NCBI GenBank assembly: GCA_043754535.1
Contig: JAYUUN010000057.1
Coordinates: 1-42,175 of the forward strand
Origin: Chloroflexota bacterium
GTDB lineage: Bacteria; Chloroflexota; Chloroflexia; QHBQ01
Direction of reading: 5' to 3'
Length of the DNA stretch: 42,175 nt
The notes below the pieces were generated by a model. It saw only the letters and a program-made list of their open reading frames with translations. It did no database searches and was not told where the DNA came from. Shown one piece after another: positions 1 to 8,043 of the stretch (position 1 is its first letter; each line of letters opens with the position of its first letter). Both the position numbers and the translations under genes were made by a program.

Positions 1-1098
1 GTGGATATTAGCCTCTCCAGTGGTGACGGCCCAGGCTACGGTGTGACATCCGCATTCGCAGGCGAGTGGCTGCGCTACAGCGTCAACGTCGCCAGCAGCG
101 GCCAGTACAGCCTCAGCGTGCGGCTGGCGGCGAGCGGCGGCGGCGGCAGCTTCCACATCGAGCGCGGCAACGGTAGCAACCTGAGCGGGCCGATCAGCGT
201 GCCGAATACGGGCGGCTGGGCTACCTGGCAAACGGTGACGGTCACTGGCTTGAGCTTGAGTGCGGGGTCACAAGTCCTGCGCCTGGTGCTGGACGGCAAT
301 GGCATCAGTGGGCAGGTGGCTTACTTCAACTATCTCACCTTCGCCTTGATCGCCCCCACCTCTACCGCAACAGCGACCACCAGCAGCACCGCCACGCCGA
401 CTGGTACTCGCAGCCCAAGCAGCAGCACGACGACGGCAACCAGCAGCGCAAGCGGCACAGCTACCGCCACCGCTACCAGCAGCATAAGCGGTACGGCGAC
501 GGCCACCGCTACCGCCTGCGCGATCAGCTTCAGCGACGTGCTGACTAGCAATATTTTCTACACTGACATCCAGTTCCTGGCCTGTCGCGGGGTAATTGGC
601 GGCTTCCCCAACGGTCTGTTCCAACCTAACAGCAACTCCACGCGGGGCCAGTTCGCCAAGATCGCCACCCTCGGCTTCGGCATCGCTGCCTTCACACCAG
701 GCACGCCAACCTTCGGCGACGTGCCGAGCGGCAACGTGTTCTACGGCTACGTAGAAGCGGCCTATCACGCTGGGGTGGTCAATGGGCTGGCGGCAGCGCA
801 GTGTGCCTTGCTGGGCCAAAGCAACCCCTGCTACGGCTTGAACGTACAAATTAGCCGGGCGCAAGTGGCGGTGATCGTGCAGCGGGCGCGCAGCTACGCC
901 GTTGTCACCCCTAGCCAGCCCACCTTCAGCGACGTGCCAGCTAGCAACTTTGCTTACGCAGCGGTAGAGACGCTGGCTAGACGGGCGATCATCAGCGGTG
1001 GGTCATGTGCTAGCGGCCTCTGCTTCCGACCCAACGACAATATTCGGCGTGGCGAACTTTCCAAAGTCGTCCACCGGGCGATTGACAGCGCACCGTAG
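1..1098 (+). CDS. 5'-truncated surface protein: CBM6/CBM35-like carbohydrate-binding domain, Thr/Ser linker, C-terminal SLH domains
   Basis: GEWLRYSVNV and PNTGGWATWQTV are CBM6-like motifs; T/S/A-rich linker; SLH repeats FSDV...FY, F.PN...TRGQFAK, ISRAQVA, FRPNDNIRRGE. The ORF runs off the left edge. Confidence 0.8.
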   Translation: MDISLSSGDGPGYGVTSAFAGEWLRYSVNVASSGQYSLSVRLAASGGGGSFHIERGNGSNLSGPISVPNTGGWATWQTVTVTGLSLSAGSQVLRLVLDGNGISGQVAYFNYLTFALIAPTSTATATTSSTATPTGTRSPSSSTTTATSSASGTATATATSSISGTATATATACAISFSDVLTSNIFYTDIQFLACRGVIGGFPNGLFQPNSNSTRGQFAKIATLGFGIAAFTPGTPTFGDVPSGNVFYGYVEAAYHAGVVNGLAAAQCALLGQSNPCYGLNVQISRAQVAVIVQRARSYAVVTPSQPTFSDVPASNFAYAAVETLARRAIISGGSCASGLCFRPNDNIRRGELSKVVHRAIDSAP

Positions 1099-1151
1099 CT
1101 GTTCGCAAGCAGTTGAGCGGTTGCATGGACTGGTTACTAGCTTGTGGCGGC

Positions 1152-1209
1152 AAAGGAGCAGGCAAGCAGAAGGGGCGGTTGCCTGCCCCTTACGCTTCCT
1201 GCTTCTTTT
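1152..1209. terminator. Probable bidirectional intrinsic terminator
   Basis: Nested inverted repeat AAAGGAGCAGG..AAGGGGC / GCCCCTT..CCTGCTTCTTTT between convergent genes. Confidence 0.65.
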
Positions 1210-1229
1210 GCGTCAACCATACGGCTGCT

Positions 1230-3050
1230 TCAGCTAACCTGCACCTGGATGGCATCGTAGGCCTCGGCCCCAGCGGGGTACGCATCAGTGGCGGTGTTCA
1301 ATTGCACCTTGCCCGCGCCATCGGTCGCCCGACACTTGAGGGTGTAGTTGCCCTTCGTCGGGGTCCAGGCCCACGTCCAGTGTACCCAAGCGTAGGGTGA
1401 GAGAGGGGTACGTAGGGCTGCTTCTTGCCAGGTCTTGCCCTCGTCGGTGCTGACCTCTACCTTGCTGATGCCCCGGTCGCCCGCGTAGGAGACACCACCG
1501 ACCAGCAGCGGTTCGGCGGCGATCATTGCCATGCGGTGGGCATTGGTGGCCGGGATGTAGAAGGTCGCCATCGTGCGGGTGGGCGCGGGGTTGTCCCAGC
1601 CCTGGGCCTGCCAGAAGCCTTTGTAGTTCGCGTCGTCGATCACCCGGATTGTGCGTAGCCACTTGACGTTCTTCATGCCGTAGATACCGGGAACGAGCAG
1701 GCGGGCGGGCGCACCGTGGTCGGAAGGCAGCTTCTCGCCATTCATCTCCCAGGCCAGCAGGTTGTAGTCGTGCAAGGCGGTTTCGATGGCGATGCTGTCG
1801 GTGTAGTCGTCACCGCAGATGAAGACGACCCGCCTCGCACCCGCCTGCACACCAGCCTTCTCCAACAAGCCCTTGAGCGGTGTACCCTTCCACTTGGCAT
1901 TGCCAATCAGGTTGCCGCCAATAGGATTGCTGATACAACTAAGCATCAAGTAGCGGTAGAGCGAGGGCTGCTGCAACAATTGCTCGTAAGTTAGCTTGTA
2001 CGGCTTGTCCACCAGCCCTTCAATGCTCAATGTCCAGCCATTGCTGCTGATCACCGGGTCACTGGTGTTCTTAGAGACATGGTAGAAGTTGGCGGTGGGG
2101 GTCTGCTGGGCGGGCATACCTGCGTCGCTCAGGTTGGCAGCGGCGGTAGTCGGCTGGGCAGCAGCAGTCGGTCGACTAGCGGCGGCCTCTGGGGTGTCCA
2201 TGGGGCCAGCCTGGGCCACGGGGCTACCGCTAACCCCACTGCCCCGCCCAACATTGCTGTTGTCGCTGCCCGCACGACCAAGGCCCAGCCCCTTGCCGCT
2301 GATGTAGTTGAAACTGGCGAGGCCAGCGGCGATCACCGCCGCTCCACCACCAATCTGGCGTAGGGCGCGGCGACGAGCGGGCATGGCGAAGCGATTACTA
2401 GCCTGCTGCTGGTGCCAGGCTGCCGTCGTCGCCCGCACGTCGCTGCTGAACACCCCGCCGAGGGTTAGGCCGTAGGCGAGGAAGACCGCGAGGCTCATCA
2501 GGACGAAGCCGATCAGCCCCTCCTGGGTGAAGCCAGAGTTGGGGATGTTGCTGCCGAATACGCCGATGCCGCGATAGGTCTGGCTGTCGCTGGTGATCGT
2601 CTTCTCCAGAGTGGGGATTAGTAGCCCGTAGAACAGCAGGTAGATGACAACGGCATAGCTCAAGCCCTTGAGCAGGCCGCTGCTCAGGCTAGCCACCCTA
2701 CCCTCGTTGGCCGCCTTGGCTTCGCCGCCGCCAAAGAGGGTGGCGTAGAGCATACCGAGCAGCCCCCCGGTCAGCACCAGGGCAATCACGATCACGATCA
2801 CTTCCAGGGCGTGGGCAGCCTGGCCTGCGGTCTGGATGCCCTGCTCAAACGCCTGACCCGGCAGTAGCTTGACGATGATCGGGTCTAGTACCTGGGGGAG
2901 GGTGTAGTGACCGAAGAAGATGTTAAAGAGCCACATGAGGCTGACCATGGTTACCCCAGCGATGATGCCCGCCCAAAAGCCGCGCCCGCGCAAGCTGCTG
3001 GCAGGCAAGGGAGCCATCGGCCCAGCACTCGCCTTGATTTCGTTATCCAT
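1230..3050 (-). CDS. Membrane-anchored molybdopterin-dependent oxidoreductase (sulfite oxidase family) with C-terminal Ig-like dimerisation domain
   Basis: Mo-binding Cys in LSCISNPIGG; GNAKWKG, MNGEKL..DHGAPARL..PG.YG.KNVKWL, GFWQAQGW; KVEVSTDEGKTW..A in the C-domain; about 5 N-terminal hydrophobic segments; RBS GGAAAGAGG. Confidence 0.85.
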   Translation of the reverse strand: MDNEIKASAGPMAPLPASSLRGRGFWAGIIAGVTMVSLMWLFNIFFGHYTLPQVLDPIIVKLLPGQAFEQGIQTAGQAAHALEVIVIVIALVLTGGLLGMLYATLFGGGEAKAANEGRVASLSSGLLKGLSYAVVIYLLFYGLLIPTLEKTITSDSQTYRGIGVFGSNIPNSGFTQEGLIGFVLMSLAVFLAYGLTLGGVFSSDVRATTAAWHQQQASNRFAMPARRRALRQIGGGAAVIAAGLASFNYISGKGLGLGRAGSDNSNVGRGSGVSGSPVAQAGPMDTPEAAASRPTAAAQPTTAAANLSDAGMPAQQTPTANFYHVSKNTSDPVISSNGWTLSIEGLVDKPYKLTYEQLLQQPSLYRYLMLSCISNPIGGNLIGNAKWKGTPLKGLLEKAGVQAGARRVVFICGDDYTDSIAIETALHDYNLLAWEMNGEKLPSDHGAPARLLVPGIYGMKNVKWLRTIRVIDDANYKGFWQAQGWDNPAPTRTMATFYIPATNAHRMAMIAAEPLLVGGVSYAGDRGISKVEVSTDEGKTWQEAALRTPLSPYAWVHWTWAWTPTKGNYTLKCRATDGAGKVQLNTATDAYPAGAEAYDAIQVQVS

Positions 3051-3248
3051 CAGAACCTCTTTCCAACGCGTGGTTGTTGGCTGCTAGCAGCCGTCGTATG
3101 TTGTGCTGCAAACTCTACTGCCCGACGCTGGGCGGCGGATTGCTGGCGGAGCAGCAAAGCTGTTCCTTACCCTATTATACAACATTGCCGGGCGGCTGGG
3201 ATTTGGCTTCGTCGCTGTAAGCCTGAACTCTTACCTCCTCCCCGTCGT

Positions 3249-3277
3249 TTGCTAGCAGCAGCAGTTAGCGATATAAT
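3249..3277 (+). promoter_or_regulatory. Sigma70-type promoter for the 871-aa SLH protein
   Basis: TTGCTA-N17-TATAAT; RBS AAGGAGAGAGG follows before ATG 3382. Confidence 0.55.
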
Positions 3278-3381
3278 AGCCTTTATAGGTGGTGGAGGGG
3301 CTTGGGCCATCACTGCCTCGTAGAACGCTAGCAGGGTTGTGTTATTGGCAGCGTAATGGCTGTTAAGGAGAGAGGATCGTA

Positions 3382-5997
3382 ATGAATAGCAGAAGGAATG
3401 TTGTAGTAGGTTTGCTAGTCGCTGTAATGGCGGTAGTTGTCGTTGTTGGGGTGCTGCTCAGTGGTCTCGGCCAGAGCAAGGCCGGGCCGGTCGCCAGTGT
3501 ACCCGCCGTCGCCCAGGCACCCGCCCAGGTCGCGGATGCCGATAAGGTTGATGCCGATAAGAAGGTTGGTGAGCAAGCGGCTAAGATTGATGCCAACAGG
3601 GTTGATGCCGATAAGAAGGTTGGTGAGCAGGCAGCTGGTGATGCAGAGCAGAGCATAGTGCGCCCTGCCCTCTACCCTGCCCCCAAAACCATGCGCTACC
3701 CCAGCGGGATCGAGTCCAGCAGCGACGTGAGGCACGATGTTTCGCAGCCGCTACGTGAGATCGCCCCACGCAAGGCGATCAAGACCGACGCAGGCGAGAG
3801 TGAGGAGTTGGAGAGCCTGGTTGACCCCTGGCAGTTGAAGCACAAGGATGGGGCCGACCCGGTGATCCAGCGCAACTTTGGTAGCAATGCCATGCCCGCG
3901 CCCATTGGCAGCTTCAACGGGATCAACTCGGTGGCCGGTTGCGGTGGCTGCCAGCCCCCGGACACCAACGGCGAGATCGGCCTGAGCTACTACGTGCAGA
4001 CGGTCAACGCTGCCTTCCAGGTCTTCAACCGCGATGGCACCTCGGCCTACGGGCCAGCGGCGATCAACACGATCTGGACTGGCTTCACTGGCTTCTGCGA
4101 GACCTACAATGATGGCGACCCAGTAGTGGTCTACGACCAGTTGGCCGACCGCTTCGTGGTCAGCCAGTTCGCCTTCCAGTCTACCAGTGCTGGCCCCTTC
4201 TACGAGTGCGTCGCCGTCTCCAGCACGGGCGACCCAACCGGCACCTGGAACCGCTACGCCTTCCTGACTGATGCCAGTAACGTCTTCCCTGACTACCCGA
4301 AGTTGAGCGTGTGGGGTAACGCCTACTTGATGACGACGGTGGAGTTCGGGCCTGGCTTCCTGGGGGCGCGGGCCTATGCGCTCGACCGGGCTGCCATGCT
4401 GACAGGCCAGCCCGCCACCTTCCAGCGCAACGCTACTGCCCTGGGTGGCAGCGTTAGTCGCGCCTTGCCGGTGGATATTGACGGGGCGATCACCCCGACC
4501 GTAGGTACCCCTGCCTACTTCGTTGCGCTCAGCAGCAGCAACAACAGTCTGCAATTCTACAACTTCCTGGTAGACTGGGCGACCCCAGCCAACTCGGTAT
4601 TCAGCACTGGGGCTAACGTGCCAGTGGCTGCCTTCACCATCCCTTGCCCAGCGTCGCGCAGTTGTGTGCCGCAGCTTGGTACCAACAACAAGATTGACGT
4701 GCTGGGCAACCGTCCAATGTTCCGCGCTCCCTACCGCCCAGACAATGGCGGCACCATCCTGCTAAACCACAGCGTAGAGGTTCCAGTCACTGGCGGTACA
4801 GGCGTGGGAATGCGCTGGTACGAAATCCGCAATATGGACAGCAGCCCCACCCTCTACCAACAGGGTACCTTCGCCCCCGACGATACCAGCCGCTTCATGG
4901 GCAGCATCGCCATGGATCGCCTCGGCAACATCGCCGCTGGTTACAGCGCAGGGAATGCAACCATCCGCCCGCAGATTCGCTACGCAGGCCGCCTCCCCGG
5001 TGACCCACTTGGCACCTTCGGTCAGGGTGAGAACACCCTGTTTGCGGGCAACCTTAGTCAGACTAGTGGCTCACGCTGGGGTGACTACAGCGATCTCAAC
5101 CTCGACCCAACCGACGACTGCACCTTCTGGTACACCACTGAGTACAGCAACGGCGGCGGTGCCTGGGGTACGCGGATCGGCTCGTTCAAGTTCCCTGCCT
5201 GCCCGATTGGCGCACCAACCCCCACCAGCGTACCGGCTGGCACCAACACGCCCACCAGCGTGCCTGCCACCAGCACGCCAATGCCACCAACTGCCACCAG
5301 CGTGCCTGCTACCAGCACGCCAATGCCACCAACTGCCACCAGCGTAGCTGCCACCAGCACGCCAGTGCCACCAACTGCTACCAGCACAGCAACTGACCCC
5401 ACTGCCACCAGCACGGCAGCAGCCGCTACTGCTACCCCTTGCACGATCAGCTTCACCGACGTGCCAACCAGCAACCTGTTCTACGGCGACATCCAGTTCC
5501 TGGCCTGCCGCAGCATCGTCAACGGGGCGAATGGCTTGTTCCGGCCTAACGCCAACGCCAGCCGTGGTGAGTTCGCCAAGATCACCGTCCTCGGCTTCGG
5601 TATTGCGGCCTTCACCCCGACCAGCGGCCAGACCTTCAGCGACGTAGCCCCCAGCAGCATCTTCTTCGGCTACATCGAGTCCGCCGCCCACACTGGCGCA
5701 ATCACTGGCTTCCCCGACGGCACCTTCCGCCCCAACACGAACGTAACCCGCGTGCAGGTGGCAGTGATCACCCAGCGCGTGCGCAGCTACGCCCTGTTCA
5801 CCCCGACCCTGGCGACCTTCAACGACGTGCCAGCCAGCAGCTTTGGCTACCAGGCGGTGGAGACTCTGGCCCACAACAACATCATCAACGGCGCGGCCTG
5901 TGTTGGTGGCAGCGGCCTCTGCTTCCGCCCCAACGACAACATCAAGCGCGGTGAGTTGAGCAAGGTCGTGCGCCGAGCGATCGAGACTGCCCCGTAA
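3382..5997 (+). CDS. Secreted SLH-anchored protein with an uncharacterised PPDTNG...RWGDYS domain and Pro/Thr repeat linker
   Basis: N-terminal basic plus hydrophobic segment; motifs PPDTNGEIG.SYYVQTVN, GDPVVVYDQLADRF, DYPKL, RWGDYS..LDPTDDCTFWYT; PTATSVPATST repeats; three SLH repeats. Confidence 0.75.
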   Translation: MNSRRNVVVGLLVAVMAVVVVVGVLLSGLGQSKAGPVASVPAVAQAPAQVADADKVDADKKVGEQAAKIDANRVDADKKVGEQAAGDAEQSIVRPALYPAPKTMRYPSGIESSSDVRHDVSQPLREIAPRKAIKTDAGESEELESLVDPWQLKHKDGADPVIQRNFGSNAMPAPIGSFNGINSVAGCGGCQPPDTNGEIGLSYYVQTVNAAFQVFNRDGTSAYGPAAINTIWTGFTGFCETYNDGDPVVVYDQLADRFVVSQFAFQSTSAGPFYECVAVSSTGDPTGTWNRYAFLTDASNVFPDYPKLSVWGNAYLMTTVEFGPGFLGARAYALDRAAMLTGQPATFQRNATALGGSVSRALPVDIDGAITPTVGTPAYFVALSSSNNSLQFYNFLVDWATPANSVFSTGANVPVAAFTIPCPASRSCVPQLGTNNKIDVLGNRPMFRAPYRPDNGGTILLNHSVEVPVTGGTGVGMRWYEIRNMDSSPTLYQQGTFAPDDTSRFMGSIAMDRLGNIAAGYSAGNATIRPQIRYAGRLPGDPLGTFGQGENTLFAGNLSQTSGSRWGDYSDLNLDPTDDCTFWYTTEYSNGGGAWGTRIGSFKFPACPIGAPTPTSVPAGTNTPTSVPATSTPMPPTATSVPATSTPMPPTATSVAATSTPVPPTATSTATDPTATSTAAAATATPCTISFTDVPTSNLFYGDIQFLACRSIVNGANGLFRPNANASRGEFAKITVLGFGIAAFTPTSGQTFSDVAPSSIFFGYIESAAHTGAITGFPDGTFRPNTNVTRVQVAVITQRVRSYALFTPTLATFNDVPASSFGYQAVETLAHNNIINGAACVGGSGLCFRPNDNIKRGELSKVVRRAIETAP
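3546..3629 (+). repeat. Intragenic direct repeat, 30 bp x2, period 54 bp (VDADKKVGEQAA)
   Basis: GGTTGATGCCGATAAGAAGGTTGGTGAGCA at 3546 and 3600. Confidence 0.85.
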
Positions 5998-6023
5998 GCA
6001 GCTTGCGAGTGGAGACGACAAAA

Positions 6024-6060
6024 CGGCTGGACAGTTCAAACTGTCCAGCCGCTTCTTTTT
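6024..6060 (+). terminator. Intrinsic terminator
   Basis: Perfect stem CGGCTGGACAGTT/AACTGTCCAGCCG followed by CTTCTTTTT; A-run on the left side, so possibly bidirectional. Confidence 0.85.
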
Positions 6061-6070
6061 GGCCGCAGGG

Positions 6071-7597
6071 TCAACCTTCTAGCCAGCGTTCTGCCGCCAA
6101 CCAGGCTGCGTCGATCACGCAGCCTACCACCCTAAGCGGCTGGTAGAGGGTCTTGTCGATCCACAGTTCGGTCTGGGCAAGCGGGGCGGTGGAGGCGGTG
6201 CGCAGATAGGTGCAAGCATTGATGATCGCCTGCCGCAACTGTCCTGTGCTGGTGGGTACCATAGGCAAGGTAAGCAGGGTAAGCAGGGCGTAGGCAGTCT
6301 CCTCGCGGCTGGGGCGACCCAACACACCCCAGCCTCCATCAAGCTGTTCGCCAAGCAGGCGGGCGCGCTGTTCATCCTGCCACAGCAGGCAAGCAGTCTG
6401 TTCGGCGAGCGGCAATGCGCTGAAGGCCGCAGAGATCGCCAGCAAGGTGTAGTAGGGTGAGACGTGCCACTTGTCGCGCAGGGGCTGGGTCAGCAGGTAG
6501 AGGGTGGCCTGCTGGCGGGCGGCTACCATGCGGGCGCGCTCGGCAGGGTCGCTGAACAGCGGTTCGGTAAGGACCAGCGCACTGATGGCGTGGGCGTTGG
6601 TGGTCAACGAGCCAGTGACCTCTAGCTGATAGGTGTGGAAGTGGCCTGTCTGCCGGTAGAAGTGATCGAGCAGCACGCGGCTGAGGGTGCGAGCCGCTGC
6701 CAGCCGTCCAAAACGGACAGCCAGGTAAGCGGCCACCGCCGTGTCGTCGGCATCGGGGGCGAAGTGCGGGTTGCCGCCCACCCCCAGGCGCAGGTCGTGG
6801 GCGGCCAGCAGGCGATCAAAGCTAGCAATCAGGTGCGCGCTCTGCTCTGGGCGCACCTGCAAGGTGAAGTAGATCGACCAAAGGCCAGTAAAGCTATCAA
6901 GCGGGGTGGTCGAGGAGTAGCCGCCGTCGGCATTGCGACTGGCGAACAACAGGCGACTGAGGGCTTGCGCTGTGCTGGTGGGCAGGTGCGCCCGGCGCAG
7001 CAGGTAGGCAGTGGCCGATGGTGAGGAGCCGACCAGCGAGAGTGGACTGATGGTGCTGGCAAGCTGATGGGTGGCCTCCTCGCGTCCGCGCTGCTCCTCC
7101 AAGAACTCGGCGGCGTGCCATAGTTGGCTGAAGGCTGGCACAGCGAAGGCGTTGTCGGGGATCACTGCCAATTTGCGCTGCCAGCGGGCATGGATCGCGG
7201 GCGGCAATTCGGGCAGCAGCAAGCCAAACTCGTGTAGCTTCCGCAGGTGGGTTGGCACCAGCAACTCAAAGCCCGCCAAGTCGCACTCGCTGATCGCCAC
7301 ATCGTCCCAATCTCCGAGGGCGCGGCTCAGGTAGGCTGTCGCCTGTGCAATGGGCTGCTCCAGGCTGTAGGCTAGCTCGTGTTGCGGCAGGCTGAGGAGA
7401 GTGCGCGTGACCATCAGGGTTTGTAGCAGGCGGTCGCTGGCGAAGGCAACCTGCCCACCCCAGCTACCGTCCTCATGCTGGCGGTTGAGTAGCCAGCCGA
7501 TCAGTTGTGGGTCACCGTCGAGCATCGTCACCGCTGCGGTGTCATAGGGCGAAGAAGTTGTTTGCGTAACTGCGTCCTCTACGGAATATGCTGCCAT
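6071..7597 (-). CDS. Class II (DxDD) diterpene cyclase, copalyl/kolavenyl/halimadienyl diphosphate synthase-like
   Basis: SPYDTA, QW-type motif WLLNRQHEDGSWGG, GFELLVP, SSPSATA, catalytic DADDTA, DKWHVSPYY, EETAYAL, LWIDKTLY; RBS AAGGAGAGG. Confidence 0.85.
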   Translation of the reverse strand: MAAYSVEDAVTQTTSSPYDTAAVTMLDGDPQLIGWLLNRQHEDGSWGGQVAFASDRLLQTLMVTRTLLSLPQHELAYSLEQPIAQATAYLSRALGDWDDVAISECDLAGFELLVPTHLRKLHEFGLLLPELPPAIHARWQRKLAVIPDNAFAVPAFSQLWHAAEFLEEQRGREEATHQLASTISPLSLVGSSPSATAYLLRRAHLPTSTAQALSRLLFASRNADGGYSSTTPLDSFTGLWSIYFTLQVRPEQSAHLIASFDRLLAAHDLRLGVGGNPHFAPDADDTAVAAYLAVRFGRLAAARTLSRVLLDHFYRQTGHFHTYQLEVTGSLTTNAHAISALVLTEPLFSDPAERARMVAARQQATLYLLTQPLRDKWHVSPYYTLLAISAAFSALPLAEQTACLLWQDEQRARLLGEQLDGGWGVLGRPSREETAYALLTLLTLPMVPTSTGQLRQAIINACTYLRTASTAPLAQTELWIDKTLYQPLRVVGCVIDAAWLAAERWLEG

Positions 7598-7698
7598 AAA
7601 ACCACCTCTCCTTTTGACTCACACCAGGGGGGTGCGCCGCTCGCGGTAAGCATCGAACAAATGCTGCCATAAAACCACCTCTCCTTTTGACTCACACC
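7588..7698. repeat. Perfect 38-bp direct repeat x2 (35-bp spacer) that duplicates the cyclase RBS and start codon
   Basis: ATGCTGCCATAAAACCACCTCTCCTTTTGACTCACACC at 7588-7625 and 7661-7698. Confidence 0.9.
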
Positions 7699-7824
7699 CT
7701 AGTTTAGCCAAATCGCACCTGAAGGTCAAGTCTCTGCACTGGGCTGCGACTAATTGTGCCATGCTGCAAGGGGAGCGTAGCAGCCGGCGGGACACATACA
7801 ACGCCAAAAAGTTCGGAGCGTAGC

Positions 7825-7879
7825 TTGACAAATAGCAGTTGACCATCTAGAATGCAGGGTGTAGCTGCATTCATGCAGC
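7825..7879 (+). promoter_or_regulatory. Sigma70 promoter of the sugar ABC operon with a palindrome near +1
   Basis: TTGACA(7825)-N17-TAGAAT(7848); GCTGCAT-TC-ATGCAGC at 7864-7879. Confidence 0.7.
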
Positions 7880-8043
7880 ACCCCTTGCCGTACCAATATC
7901 ATTAGAGAACCACTGGCCCGCTCGTGGGCGGCAGCAGGGGCGCAAGACTACCGTTCGGGGTCTGAACAGAGGGGAGGTGGGGCGGGGAACACAATCGGCT
8001 TAACAACGGCGATCCAGGTATTCCAGAGGAGGAAACAGTTTCG

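Noticed and set aside
7588..7698. Mini CRISPR array (38-bp repeat, 35-bp spacer)
   Set aside because: Only two copies, no cas genes, no palindrome or typical repeat end, and the repeat is the cyclase RBS plus start codon.
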